Part shown: positions 27,293 through 37,608 of the stretch, one piece after another
Position numbering within the stretch: position 1 is the first letter of the stretch
Layout: each line of letters begins with the position of its first letter
From: Patescibacteria group bacterium
Lineage (GTDB): Bacteria; Patescibacteriota; Patescibacteriia; 2-01-FULL-39-33
Direction: 5' to 3'
Length of the DNA stretch: 64,000 nt
Assembly: GCA_041649575.1 (NCBI GenBank)
Contig: JBAZMW010000002.1
Coordinates: 1,934-65,933 of the forward strand
Notes under the pieces: model-generated
Database searches by the model: none
Told to the model about the DNA's origin: nothing
The model's input: only the letters and a program-made list of their open reading frames with translations
Program-made: the position numbers and the translations under genes

Positions 27293-28784
27293 TAAAATAC
27301 TACTAATTTACCCAAGGTTTTATAAGATTGATTTTGATGCCAAGAGCTATCCTTTGGGCCTTTTGGCCATTGGCACGGTTTTGAAGCGGCAGGGTTTTGA
27401 AATCAAGTTGATCGATTTTTTAGTGGAAGATAATCCGTTGGAAGTTTTAGAAAAAGAATTAACCGAAAACGTTTTAGCCGTGGGCCTATCGGTAATGACG
27501 CCCCAAATAGCCGATGCCTTGAAAATCAGCCAAAAAATTAAAGATTATAACCGGGCTTTGCCGGTGATTTGGGGCGGCATCCACCCTACGCTTTTTCCGG
27601 ACCAGACTATTGTTCACCCTTTGATTGATTTTTTGATTGTCGGCGAGGGCGAAATTTCTTTTTCCAAATTTTTGAGATTTTTGCAAGGCCAGGGCGAACT
27701 GGCCGATATTGGCGGCTTGGTTTACAAAAAAGACGGCCAGGTTTTTAAGAATCAAGAAAAAGAGTTGATTGATTTAAATGATTTGCCTTTGATGGATTAT
27801 TCTTTGCTTTCTTCAAAAACTTTGAAGTTCGATTCGATAATTTTTAATACTAGTCGCGGCTGTCCTTATCGTTGCACTTTTTGTGTCAATATTTCTCTGC
27901 ACAACCGAGCTTGGCGGTATCAGAAAGCAGAAAAAGTTTTGGAAGAGCTGGCCTATCTGGTCGATACTCTGGGCTATAAAAAATTGAAATTTCAGGAAGA
28001 TAATTTTTTTGTCAGTCAGGATCGGGTGGAAAAAATTTTGACGGGCATCGAGGAAAGGGGATTAAAATTTCAATGGCTGGCTAATTGTCGGGTCAACTAT
28101 TTTCGAGACGATTATTTAAACGACCAGTTTTTGGAAAAATTGAAGCGATCCGGCTGTTACAAGCTGATGTTTGGGGCCGAATCTGGCTCACAGCGGGTTC
28201 TCGATTGGCTAAAGAAGGACATCACCGTGGCTCAGATAATCGAGTCTGCCCAGCTGTGCCAAAAGCATGGTCTGCGAGCCAATTATTCGTTTATGTGCGC
28301 TCTGCCGACCGAGACCAAAAAAGAGAGACTGGAAACCCTAGAGTTGATTGACAGGTTGATGGCGATAGGCGATTGCATCGAGATTATCTCGCCCCAACCT
28401 TATCGGCCTTATCCCGGAGACGAGTTGGCACAGTATTGCCAAAAGTTAGGCTATCAATTTCCGGATAAACTGGAAGATTGGCCCAAGGTGGTGGCCAAGT
28501 CTATGGATAGCAGCTCCAGCAACCTGGAAAATTTTCCCTGGATTAAAAATCCCAATGAGATCCGGCTACAGAGAGTTTGTTCTATTATCGCTACCAGCAA
28601 AAAAGGAATGAGGGGCTATATCAAAAGATACCCACTGGTTCTCGCTCCATTTATTGCCCTGTTTTATTTATTGGAAAAAACCAGATGGAAATTGAAATTT
28701 TTTGGCTGGCCTTTAGAGTATTCGATTTTTATTAACTTGTATTGGCAGACGCAAAAATTGAGAAAAAAATTATTTATCAAATAA
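27285..28784 (+). CDS. B12-binding domain radical SAM protein.
   Basis: MRNKILLIYPRF, B12-binding Rossmann half (GLSVMTPQ...IWGGIHPTLFP). SRGCPYRCTFCVN cluster. ATG 27285 preferred over track start 27270 (8-nt overlap with upstream stop). Confidence 0.85.
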   Translation: MRNKILLIYPRFYKIDFDAKSYPLGLLAIGTVLKRQGFEIKLIDFLVEDNPLEVLEKELTENVLAVGLSVMTPQIADALKISQKIKDYNRALPVIWGGIHPTLFPDQTIVHPLIDFLIVGEGEISFSKFLRFLQGQGELADIGGLVYKKDGQVFKNQEKELIDLNDLPLMDYSLLSSKTLKFDSIIFNTSRGCPYRCTFCVNISLHNRAWRYQKAEKVLEELAYLVDTLGYKKLKFQEDNFFVSQDRVEKILTGIEERGLKFQWLANCRVNYFRDDYLNDQFLEKLKRSGCYKLMFGAESGSQRVLDWLKKDITVAQIIESAQLCQKHGLRANYSFMCALPTETKKERLETLELIDRLMAIGDCIEIISPQPYRPYPGDELAQYCQKLGYQFPDKLEDWPKVVAKSMDSSSSNLENFPWIKNPNEIRLQRVCSIIATSKKGMRGYIKRYPLVLAPFIALFYLLEKTRWKLKFFGWPLEYSIFINLYWQTQKLRKKLFIK

Positions 28785-28785
28785 G

Positions 28786-29865
28786 ATGAAAATTTGTTAT
28801 TTTGGCATTTATAATCCCAAGTATAGTCGCAATAGAGTTATTATTAAAGGACTAAAAGAAAATGGCATAGAAGTCATAGAGTGCAGCAGCAATTTATCCG
28901 GGCTTAGAAAATATTTTGATTTAATAAAAAAACACAAAAAAATTAAAAAAGATTACGACTTAATGATTGTTGGCTTTCCCAGCAATCAGGCGGCGTTTCT
29001 GGCCAAATTTCTGACTCGAAAACCGGTGATAGCCGATGCTTTCGTGTCTTTTTATGATTCGATGATCTTTGATCGAAAAAATCATTCCCCTCGCAGTTTA
29101 CCGGCGCTCTATTATTGGTTTTTAGATTGGTTGCCGGCACGGTTTTCCGATTTAGTTTTATTAGACACCCGAGTCCACATTAATTATTTTGTGCGCACCT
29201 TCGGCATAAGAGAGGAGAAGTTTGAACGCGTTTTGGTGGGAACTGATGAGAGTGAGATATATTTTGACCCGGCCTTAAAGAAAAAACTTGATTATTTTTT
29301 GGTTCATTACCATGCTAGCTTTTTACCGCTCCAGGGAACCGAATATATTATTAAAGCGGCCAAAATTTTGGAAAAAGAAAATATCAGGTTTAATATTATT
29401 GGCAGTGGCCCGGAATATAATAAGATTATCAAGTTGGCTCAAAGCCTGGAGACTAATAACACGGAATTCATCAAGCCAGTCCCTTATGAGAAATTAAGGC
29501 AATATATTTCGGTGGCCGATATTTGTTTAGGGATTTTTGGCCAAACACCTAAGACCAGCCGGGTTATACCCAACAAAATTTATGAAGCGATTGCTTGTGG
29601 CAAAGCAGTGATTACCGCTGATGAGCCGGCTATCCATGAAGTGTTTACCGATGGTAGTAATATTGTTTTGTGTCACTCGGCTGATCCGAAAGATTTGGCA
29701 GAAAAAATTTTGTTTCTAAGAGATCACCAAGCGCTAAGACAGAGGATTGCCGATAGTGCCTATGAATTTTTTCTATATAAACTAACACCAAGAGTTATAG
29801 TGGAGCAACTGATCAAGAGATTGAAAAAAGAATTCTTAAACGATAAAGCCAGAGAGAATGTATAA
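28786..29865 (+). CDS. Glycosyltransferase, GT-B fold (GT4-like, divergent).
   Basis: C-terminal NKIYEAIACGKAVITADEPAIHEVFTDGSNIVLC (EX7E-like). Upstream gene stop 28782-28784 directly abuts ATG 28786 (1 nt between). Confidence 0.55.
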   Translation: MKICYFGIYNPKYSRNRVIIKGLKENGIEVIECSSNLSGLRKYFDLIKKHKKIKKDYDLMIVGFPSNQAAFLAKFLTRKPVIADAFVSFYDSMIFDRKNHSPRSLPALYYWFLDWLPARFSDLVLLDTRVHINYFVRTFGIREEKFERVLVGTDESEIYFDPALKKKLDYFLVHYHASFLPLQGTEYIIKAAKILEKENIRFNIIGSGPEYNKIIKLAQSLETNNTEFIKPVPYEKLRQYISVADICLGIFGQTPKTSRVIPNKIYEAIACGKAVITADEPAIHEVFTDGSNIVLCHSADPKDLAEKILFLRDHQALRQRIADSAYEFFLYKLTPRVIVEQLIKRLKKEFLNDKARENV

Positions 29866-31336
29866 AATCACAAGTCCCCATGATATTTTACTTATTCTGC
29901 CACCGAAGCGGTTTAAGGAACACCGTTATTCTTTGGGTTTGATGTATATCTCTGGTTATTTGCGCGATCATGGCTATGATAATACTATAATTGAAAGCAA
30001 GATTTTTGGCGGTAAAGATTATCAGTACGACCGAGAGAAAGCTAGAGAAGAAATTATTGAAATAGTAGTGCGCCTCAAACCAAAAATCATTGGTTTTACT
30101 TCCACCACCATTGAGATTAATGAGGTAATTTGGTTAAATCGGGAAATTCGTTCAAAAATCGATAGTCATTCTATAATCGGCGGTTCTCACGCGACGGCCA
30201 TGCCAGAGCAAACACTTCTCTCTGGCTTTGAGGCGGTGGTGTTGGGCGAGGGAGAAGAGACAACGCTGGAGTTGGTTAGAGAGCTGGAAAAAGATAAGCC
30301 TAATTTGTCATCGGTTGGCGGTATTGCTTGGCTGGACAGGGGCTCTAATCGAGTTGTCATAAACAAATCGCGAGAACAAATCGATATTTCTCAATTGTCG
30401 TTGCCAGCTTATGACAAGATAAATATGGATTATCATACGCGCCTGGGAGACGATATAATCCGTGGCTTTCCGATTAGAGCGGCTATGGTGATGGCTTCTC
30501 GCGGCTGTCCTTATAGTTGCACTTTTTGTGGTTGTAATCGGATTTTCGGCCACCAGATTCGTTACCGCAGTTTGGACAACATCAAGGAGGAAATAAAGCT
30601 TTTAAGAGACAAATATGGTGTCGAGGGAATTTGGTTTGCGGATGACACTCTGACTGTAAGTTATGACCATGTCCAAAAAGTTTGTGACATTATGAAAGAA
30701 CTAGGAATGTATTGGGGTGCGCAGTCGAGAGTGGATTTAACCAATGAAAAAATGGTAAAATTAATGAGTTCCAGTGGCTGTCTCCAGCTCGATTTCGGCG
30801 TCGAATCAGGGAATCAAAGGGTGTTGGATAAAATTATAAATAAAAGAATAAAATTAGCTGAAGTAGAAAAAGCTTTTATTTTATGCCGGAAATATCACCT
30901 CAGGACGCAAGCCAGTTTTATGATCGGCTTTCCCACAGAAACCAAAGAGGAGATGGAAGACACTTTTAGGTTTGCCCAAAAAATTAAACCAGATTATTAT
31001 TCTTTTAATATTTTAATGCCCCTGCCAGGGACAGAGATCTATGAAAAATATTTCAAGGGCGAGATAACTCTAGCAGATTATGAGGACGTTAACTTTCATA
31101 AAACGAAAGACAAGTTTAATAAGTCTCAAGTAAAAGATTTAAATCGACTGCACGCCCAGTGGCGCAGCAAGCTTTTTGAGGGTGTTAAAATTCGAAGCTT
31201 AATTCATCCTCTCAAGGTCTTGGTCTTGTTTTTAAGACTTGGCCACAAGAGAGAGAGGGTGAAGTTTATCGGTTTTAAAATAAAAAGAGCTACAAAATAT
31301 TTTCTCAATAAACTCGGTTTTAAGTTTGTTTTATGA
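29858..31336 (+). CDS. B12-binding domain radical SAM protein.
   Basis: SRGCPYSCTFCGCNRIF cluster. N-terminal B12-binding-like domain (IIGFTSTT...IGGSHATAMP). Confidence 0.85.
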   Translation: MYKITSPHDILLILPPKRFKEHRYSLGLMYISGYLRDHGYDNTIIESKIFGGKDYQYDREKAREEIIEIVVRLKPKIIGFTSTTIEINEVIWLNREIRSKIDSHSIIGGSHATAMPEQTLLSGFEAVVLGEGEETTLELVRELEKDKPNLSSVGGIAWLDRGSNRVVINKSREQIDISQLSLPAYDKINMDYHTRLGDDIIRGFPIRAAMVMASRGCPYSCTFCGCNRIFGHQIRYRSLDNIKEEIKLLRDKYGVEGIWFADDTLTVSYDHVQKVCDIMKELGMYWGAQSRVDLTNEKMVKLMSSSGCLQLDFGVESGNQRVLDKIINKRIKLAEVEKAFILCRKYHLRTQASFMIGFPTETKEEMEDTFRFAQKIKPDYYSFNILMPLPGTEIYEKYFKGEITLADYEDVNFHKTKDKFNKSQVKDLNRLHAQWRSKLFEGVKIRSLIHPLKVLVLFLRLGHKRERVKFIGFKIKRATKYFLNKLGFKFVL

Positions 31337-32484
31337 AAATGATTTATATTGCCAACGCTAGAATTCCCACAGAGAAAGCCCATGGTTATCAAATAATGAA
31401 AATGTGCGAATCTTTTGCCGATCTGGGAGTTAAGGTTGATTTGATTCTGCCATATCGGAGCAATAAACAGTTTCGGGGAGTAGCGTCATTCAAACATTAT
31501 CTAGTAAAAAATAATTTTACGATTAAAAAAATTTATTGTCCCGACCCAGTTTTTTTAATGAATAAGTCGGGCTGGTATATAAAAATTCAATCATTATTTT
31601 TTTCTTTAGGGCTATTGATTTATTTGGTTTTTAAATCAAGAAAAGATGAAATTATTTATACTAGAGACGAATATTTTTTGTCTTGGTTAACGTGGTTTCC
31701 TAATAAAGTGATTTGGGAGGCGCATGACTTGTTAAGATCACGGCAGACGAAGCAGTGGCTTAAATGTTTTAGAATCATGACCATCACCCAGGGTTTAAAG
31801 GATGAGATGACGAGACTGGGCGTACCAGAAGAAAAGATTTTGGTGGCGCCGGACGGTGTCGATTTGAAGCTATTTGCAGGAATTTCTAATTCAAAAAAAG
31901 ATTTAAGAGAGGAATTAGCTCTGCCGCTAGAAGAAAAAATTATCCTTTATGCTGGTCATCTTTATGATTGGAAAGGGGCAGATACTTTGGCTCAAGCCGC
32001 CACTTTTTTAAAAAATGAAAACGTTAAATTTGTCTTCGTTGGTGGAATAGGCAAAGACTTAGAAGCTTTTACCAAGAGTTATGGTGGAGAAAAAAATATT
32101 CTAATTGTCGGTCAGGTGAATCGATCTGTGGTGCCAAAATATTTAAAGGCGGCGGATGTTCTGATTTTGCCCAATTCCGCCAAGCGGGAAATCTCCAGTC
32201 ACTACTCCTCACCTCTGAAGCTTTTTGAATATATGGCCAGTGGTCGGCCGATAATTGCTTCCCGTCTCGATTCTTTACAGGAGGTTTTAACCGACGAAGA
32301 ATGTATTTTTTTCTCTCCCGATGATGCTATTGATTTGGCGCAAAAGATTAGCCACCTATTATCAAATAAAGAGTTGGCCGAGAAAGTGGCCGCCAAAGCC
32401 GGAGAGAAAGTAAAAGATTATACCTGGGAAAATCGCGCTAAAAATATTATTAAATTTATAAAATATGCTGGATCAGTATCTTAA
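31333..32484 (+). CDS. GT4-family glycosyltransferase.
   Basis: LKLFEYMASGRPIIASRLDSLQEVLTDEECIFFSP. ATGA overlap. Confidence 0.8.
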   Translation: MKMIYIANARIPTEKAHGYQIMKMCESFADLGVKVDLILPYRSNKQFRGVASFKHYLVKNNFTIKKIYCPDPVFLMNKSGWYIKIQSLFFSLGLLIYLVFKSRKDEIIYTRDEYFLSWLTWFPNKVIWEAHDLLRSRQTKQWLKCFRIMTITQGLKDEMTRLGVPEEKILVAPDGVDLKLFAGISNSKKDLREELALPLEEKIILYAGHLYDWKGADTLAQAATFLKNENVKFVFVGGIGKDLEAFTKSYGGEKNILIVGQVNRSVVPKYLKAADVLILPNSAKREISSHYSSPLKLFEYMASGRPIIASRLDSLQEVLTDEECIFFSPDDAIDLAQKISHLLSNKELAEKVAAKAGEKVKDYTWENRAKNIIKFIKYAGSVS

Positions 32485-33145
32485 TAAAAACACCGATCTC
32501 GATTCCAGCCAAAAGGCCTGGGAGCGTTCGTGGTGCAAGCAGTCTTTTGGTTTTGCTAGAGTCATCGACGTTGGTCGAAGAATCTATAATTATTTTTTAC
32601 TGCGATTTTTAAAGAATCACATTAATGGCCAGGCCGAATTTTTGGAACTGGGTTGCGGCACAGCCACCCTGGGCCTGAAACTGGCCCATTATGTCAAAGC
32701 ATATACTGGTTTTGATATCGCGCTCAATGCATTACAGGAAGCAGAAAAGAATTTTAGAAATAGCGGGCTGAGTAATTTTAGTTTTGCGATTAAAGATATC
32801 ACTAATTTTGATTGCGAACAGAGGTTTGATGTGGTTTGGTCCCAGGGACTAATTGAGCATTTTCCCGAGCCGGCCAAATTAATTGACGCTCATCTGCAGG
32901 CTTGTAAAAGAGGCGGTAAAGTTATTATTTCCGTCCCGGCTAGGAATTCCTATCATTATATTTGGTATCTACTCACCCGGCCGAAATGGCTAAGACGTTT
33001 TTGGCCCTGGCCGGATGAAATTTTTATATCTGACAAAATGTTTAAAGAATATCTTAAATTGTTGGTAAATGATTATCAAAAATATACCCTAACTTCCTTA
33101 AGGCCTCGGTTCCTGGGGTTGTCAATCTTGATTATTGAAAAGTAA
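32465..33145 (+). CDS. Class I SAM-dependent methyltransferase.
   Basis: FLELGCGTATLGLKLA (motif I). VVWSQGLIEHFPEP...ACKRGGKVIISVP. Confidence 0.7.
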   Translation: MLDQYLNKNTDLDSSQKAWERSWCKQSFGFARVIDVGRRIYNYFLLRFLKNHINGQAEFLELGCGTATLGLKLAHYVKAYTGFDIALNALQEAEKNFRNSGLSNFSFAIKDITNFDCEQRFDVVWSQGLIEHFPEPAKLIDAHLQACKRGGKVIISVPARNSYHYIWYLLTRPKWLRRFWPWPDEIFISDKMFKEYLKLLVNDYQKYTLTSLRPRFLGLSILIIEK

Positions 33146-33151
33146 TTTTTT

Positions 33152-34891
33152 ATGATGATCAAAAAACATTACTGGGCTTTTATTCTGGCAATTATAGTTG
33201 GTGTTTTATATCTGGCACCACAACTTTTTTTTATATTTTCTTTGGGTGATAAGTTTCAAGGAGTTTACCGTACGCTTAATGATGACGAGCTTTATTATAT
33301 GTCGCGGGCGCAGGAAGTGGTTGATGGGCATTATCTTATTAGTAATCCTTATTTTGCCGAATATAAAAATAGTTTGCCAATGCAGGTTTTTTTGCCGGAT
33401 TTGATTATCGCCTTGCCGGCTAAATTGCTGGGAATTAGCGTTGGTCAGCTGTATACTTTTTACGATTTTTTATTCCCGGCCGTTTTGTTTACCCTGACTT
33501 ACTTTATCTTTTATCTTTTGACAAAAAATAGATTGTGGTCCTTAGTTTTTGGCTCTTTTCTGCTTCTGATAAAATATTTTTACGTTTTTAATCGTCCGAT
33601 GAATCCCCAGTTTGTTTTTATTTTTGTTCTCAGCTTAATTTTATTATGGTTGATAATCTTATCTCGGTCCCGAGATCAGAATAAAAAAAATAACTGGCTG
33701 GTTGTTTTGGCTGGAATAAATCTGGGCCTGCTGTTTAACTTCTACACCTACTTTTGGACGTATTTTGTCACTATTATTTTTATTTTATTGATTTATTTTT
33801 TATACAAAAAAGATTTTTATTTTTTGAAAAAATTTTTTGGCATTGGTCTGATCGGCTTAGTTGTTGGCATTCCGTATTTTTATCAGGCCTGGCAATCAAG
33901 CAGGTTAATTTTTTTCCAGGAGACGATTCAGCGAATAGGACTTATAAACACGCGGCTTCCCTCGGGAATCGTGATTAGTTTTTTGGCGCTGCTGATCATG
34001 GTTTTATTTATTATCTTTTGGCGTTTTGCTTCTAAAAGAGGAGCTAAAATAGCCAACACGGAAGTTTTTCTTTTTTTGGGCACACTGGCCGCTTTGGTTA
34101 ATATGAATCAGCACCTGATCACTGGAAAAAATATATTTTTTTCTAGTCATTATGACTTAATCTCTTTCTTCTTTATTGGTTTTTCTTTTGTCTATCTTCT
34201 GTGGCGAAGCAGGATAGTTGTTTTTTTGGCCAGCTTGAAAGCCCTGTCAATAGTGGCCCTATTGACAATAGTTGTTATTTTTTCATCAGTTTTTTCTAAT
34301 TCGTTAAAATTTGATTATTCTGCCGAATTAAATAACCAAAGATATGCTTCGATTTTTGATTGGCTCAATGACAATACAACGAAGGACTCGGTAGTCATGA
34401 CGGATTCAGTGCTAAGCGAATATTTGCCGGCTTATACCCACAATAATGTATTCTTTAACTTTGGTGGCGTGCTATTTTTTGTAAGTAATCAGGAAATTTT
34501 GAATCGATTTGTTTTAAATAATTTTTGGCGTCAGAATTTTAATGAAGAATTTGTCAAGGAAAATTTCAAATCGGTTTACGGCTATCAATACGATGCTCAG
34601 GGCGGTCGGGCCAAACAAGTGAATAACTTCAAAAAAATATTTAATCTCCAAGGTGACGAGCTGGAAAAGATTTATTTTCCGCCAGATAAAATCAAGGCGG
34701 TTATTGACTATTATCACCAAACCAAAGAAGAGGATTGGGCCATAGCTTTCAAAAAATATCAGATTGATTATTTAGCGGTCGATGAAACGATCACCAATAA
34801 TTGGCAAGTGGATTTAAAAAAGTTTAGCTTTTTGCGGCCAATCTATGAAATGAATAAAATAAAGTTATATCAGGTAGATTTTACAAAATGA
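33152..34891 (+). CDS. Polytopic membrane protein, hypothetical (possible GT-C-fold glycosyltransferase or glycan-assembly protein).
   Basis: At least 10 predicted TM helices in the N-terminal 400 aa. Soluble C-terminal ~180 aa. No diagnostic motif recognised. Confidence 0.5.
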   Translation: MMIKKHYWAFILAIIVGVLYLAPQLFFIFSLGDKFQGVYRTLNDDELYYMSRAQEVVDGHYLISNPYFAEYKNSLPMQVFLPDLIIALPAKLLGISVGQLYTFYDFLFPAVLFTLTYFIFYLLTKNRLWSLVFGSFLLLIKYFYVFNRPMNPQFVFIFVLSLILLWLIILSRSRDQNKKNNWLVVLAGINLGLLFNFYTYFWTYFVTIIFILLIYFLYKKDFYFLKKFFGIGLIGLVVGIPYFYQAWQSSRLIFFQETIQRIGLINTRLPSGIVISFLALLIMVLFIIFWRFASKRGAKIANTEVFLFLGTLAALVNMNQHLITGKNIFFSSHYDLISFFFIGFSFVYLLWRSRIVVFLASLKALSIVALLTIVVIFSSVFSNSLKFDYSAELNNQRYASIFDWLNDNTTKDSVVMTDSVLSEYLPAYTHNNVFFNFGGVLFFVSNQEILNRFVLNNFWRQNFNEEFVKENFKSVYGYQYDAQGGRAKQVNNFKKIFNLQGDELEKIYFPPDKIKAVIDYYHQTKEEDWAIAFKKYQIDYLAVDETITNNWQVDLKKFSFLRPIYEMNKIKLYQVDFTK

Positions 34892-34951
34892 GGTTTTTGT
34901 GTTAAAGTAGCCTAATAAATTAGAAGGAAAAAGCCATAAAAATAAGCGATT

Positions 34952-36724
34952 ATGATTAGATTTATAAAAAATTATTACCCATTAATATTAATTATTATTT
35001 TGGGCGTATTACTACGTTTTTGGGGAGTTTTTCATGATTGGCCATTAAGTTCGGCTGCGTCAGGAAGAGACGAAATTAATATCTTAACTGGCAGCTTAAA
35101 GATGTTGAGCAATTTTAGCCTGGTGCCGCGGGCAGCCGATTCTGGCGGCGGCACTTATTTCCCCTTAATGTATTATTTTTATTTGCCGTTTTTAATGGTT
35201 TATGCGGGGATTTTATTCATCTTGGGCCAAGTTCACACTTTGGCTGATATCAAGAACTCGGTTGCGCTGAATCTGGGCGATTGGCTGCTTGTCGGCCGTT
35301 TCATCTCGATTATTTTGGGCTCTTTTTCTATCTATCTAATCTATCTAATTGGTCAGAGGCTGTTTGACAAAAAATCAGTCGCCTACTTGGCCGCTCTGTT
35401 TTTTGCCTTGAGCCCTTTTAATGTGGCTCTAAGCCATTTCGGAAAAATTTGGACGCCTCAAGTTTTTTTTATATTATTGGCGTTTTACTTTTTTCTTCGT
35501 TTTTGGCAGGATCCAAATGGTCGGCTCTCAATTAAAATTGTTTTTTTTACGGCTTTGTTTGTCTTGCTTTCTTTTGCGGTTAATCTTGTTGGCGCCATAG
35601 CTTACCCCCTGCTTTTGCTAATAATTTTCATTTATTACTGCGATTTTAAATGGCGTAAGTTTTTTGCATTTTTAACCAGTCGCTGGTCGATTCTGTTACA
35701 TTTATTTTTGGTTATTGGGGTTTTGGTTGTATTTTTAATAACACCCGATTGGTTTAAATCCTACGACATAATTAGGCGGATATTTTTTACAATCGATACC
35801 GGTATTCCTTTTTATGCTCAGGATTCGTTTTGGGATTTGCCTTGGTGGGGCAAAACCGGATTGGTGTTGAATATATTGCTTCAGTTTGAAACGGTCGCCT
35901 TTCTCTTCCTGGCGCCGGCCTTTTGGTTTTTATATAAACAAGGCAAAAAAAATTTTTATTTTTTGCTCTTTTCTTTGTTGGGATTTTTTATCGTTTTAAG
36001 TCCGCCACTGATGAATACCACTCGACCACGTTATCTGTCTTTATTAACCCCTTTTTTAATTTTTCCCGCCGCTTACCTGTCGAACAAGCTGGTGACTTGT
36101 TTCAGACAGAAGAGGGCATCCCTGGTTTTTATCTTTGTGTTTATAGCTATTATTATTGCTCCCGCTCTATTTATTGATCTAAAATATGATTATCTTTTAC
36201 AAAAGAATAGTACAAAACTGGAGCTGTATTCCTGGTTGAAAAACAATCTCCAGCCTGGCGAAAAAGCCCTTTTAGTGGAATACTATTTTTTGCAAGACTT
36301 ACCGCCAGATAAAGAGCTGATCTCTCTGATCAAAGAATATTCCCCGTCATATTATTCTACGCGTTTGAAATATATAGACAGTGGGTTGGCAGGAGATCTT
36401 CGTGGTTATGGCCTCTACTCCAATGGATTTATTTGCCAGTGGCCCAAAGAAGTGGTGGAAAAGATAAAATTTGATTATATTATTATCGCCGAGACTAAAA
36501 CCCCTCCATCTTTTGACTTGGCCAATTATCATGATTTCAGGCTCCTGGATGTTTGTGACAGTATCCCTAAATATCGTTTGACGACAGAGCAGTTGGTTTT
36601 TAGTGAGGATAATAGCCCTTATTTCAACTATAGTATCGATAGCGGCACTCCTTTGGAATCATATTACCCACTATGGCAAATCAAAAAAATCGGCAAGCCG
36701 GTAAATATTTATAAGATAAAATAA
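34952..36724 (+). CDS. GT-C-fold membrane glycosyltransferase, ArnT/PMT_2-like.
   Basis: LRFWGVFHDWPLSSAASGRDEIN loop. ...AALFFALSPFNVALSHFGKIWTPQVFFILLAFYFF. About 11 TM helices and a C-terminal soluble domain. Confidence 0.65.
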   Translation: MIRFIKNYYPLILIIILGVLLRFWGVFHDWPLSSAASGRDEINILTGSLKMLSNFSLVPRAADSGGGTYFPLMYYFYLPFLMVYAGILFILGQVHTLADIKNSVALNLGDWLLVGRFISIILGSFSIYLIYLIGQRLFDKKSVAYLAALFFALSPFNVALSHFGKIWTPQVFFILLAFYFFLRFWQDPNGRLSIKIVFFTALFVLLSFAVNLVGAIAYPLLLLIIFIYYCDFKWRKFFAFLTSRWSILLHLFLVIGVLVVFLITPDWFKSYDIIRRIFFTIDTGIPFYAQDSFWDLPWWGKTGLVLNILLQFETVAFLFLAPAFWFLYKQGKKNFYFLLFSLLGFFIVLSPPLMNTTRPRYLSLLTPFLIFPAAYLSNKLVTCFRQKRASLVFIFVFIAIIIAPALFIDLKYDYLLQKNSTKLELYSWLKNNLQPGEKALLVEYYFLQDLPPDKELISLIKEYSPSYYSTRLKYIDSGLAGDLRGYGLYSNGFICQWPKEVVEKIKFDYIIIAETKTPPSFDLANYHDFRLLDVCDSIPKYRLTTEQLVFSEDNSPYFNYSIDSGTPLESYYPLWQIKKIGKPVNIYKIK

Positions 36725-36730
36725 ACTTTT

Positions 36731-37603
36731 ATGGAAAGTTATCAAAAAAAGTCATTATCCGTCGTAGTCCCCGTTTATAATGAGGAGAAGACAGTCGGTC
36801 AGGTTATGGCCAGTCTAAAGAGCGAATTATCAAAATTAGACGTCCAGTACGAAATTATTGCGGTTAATGACTGTTCACAAGATCAAAGTCTGGTTGTTTT
36901 GGAAAAGATAGATGGAATTAAGGCAATAAGCCATCCTCACAATAAAGGCTATGGCGCCTCTTTAAAAACTGGCATCAAGGCCAGTCAATATGAATGGATC
37001 TTAATTATCGATGCCGACGGCACTTATCCCATCGATTCCATTGCAAAGTTGCTGGAAAAAATCCCTCAGTACGACCTGGTGGTGGGAGCGCGTGATAATA
37101 AAAGCAGCGCCATTCCTTCAAGTCGCAGGCACGCCAAGGGATTTTTAAATAAATTCGCCGGCTATTTAGCTGGCCGCGAGATACCAGACTTAAACTCTGG
37201 GTTAAGAATTTTTAAAAAAGATATCATTTTGAAATATTGGGAATTATTTCCTAATAAATTTTCTTTTACCTCTACTTTAACCATGACTTGTTTAACCCAT
37301 CAGTATGAAACAATTTTTCTGCCAATCGATTATTATAAAAGACAGGGCAAGTCGTCGTTAAAACCATTTGAATTTTTTGTTTTTTTGAAATTAATTATTA
37401 AACTGTCTTTATTTTTTAAGCCACTTAAGGTTTTTATTCCGATTAGCTTATTTTTACTGTTTATAGCAATACTACTAACAATTCTGTTTCTCGTGGGCGT
37501 TCTCGGCGCTTTTATGAACACAACAATCATGGTTTTATGCGCGACCGCGTTACAAACTTTTTTCTTCGGTTTGTTGGCGGAAATAGTCATTCATAATAAA
37601 TAG
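36731..37603 (+). CDS. GT2 polyprenol-phosphate glycosyltransferase with C-terminal TM helices (ArnC/GtrB-like).
   Basis: LSVVVPVYNEEKTV...IAVNDCSQDQS...NKGYGASLKTGI...IIDADGTYP. Two C-terminal TM helices. Paralog of 57012-57902. Confidence 0.85.
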   Translation: MESYQKKSLSVVVPVYNEEKTVGQVMASLKSELSKLDVQYEIIAVNDCSQDQSLVVLEKIDGIKAISHPHNKGYGASLKTGIKASQYEWILIIDADGTYPIDSIAKLLEKIPQYDLVVGARDNKSSAIPSSRRHAKGFLNKFAGYLAGREIPDLNSGLRIFKKDIILKYWELFPNKFSFTSTLTMTCLTHQYETIFLPIDYYKRQGKSSLKPFEFFVFLKLIIKLSLFFKPLKVFIPISLFLLFIAILLTILFLVGVLGAFMNTTIMVLCATALQTFFFGLLAEIVIHNK

Positions 37604-37608
37604 TAATA

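Noticed and set aside
35320-35350. Short tandem DNA duplication CTATCTAAT x2 (encoding IYLIYLI) inside gene 34952-36724.
   Set aside because: A single 9-nt tandem duplication within a TM-helix coding region. Not a repeat array or CRISPR. Likely replication slippage of no regulatory significance.
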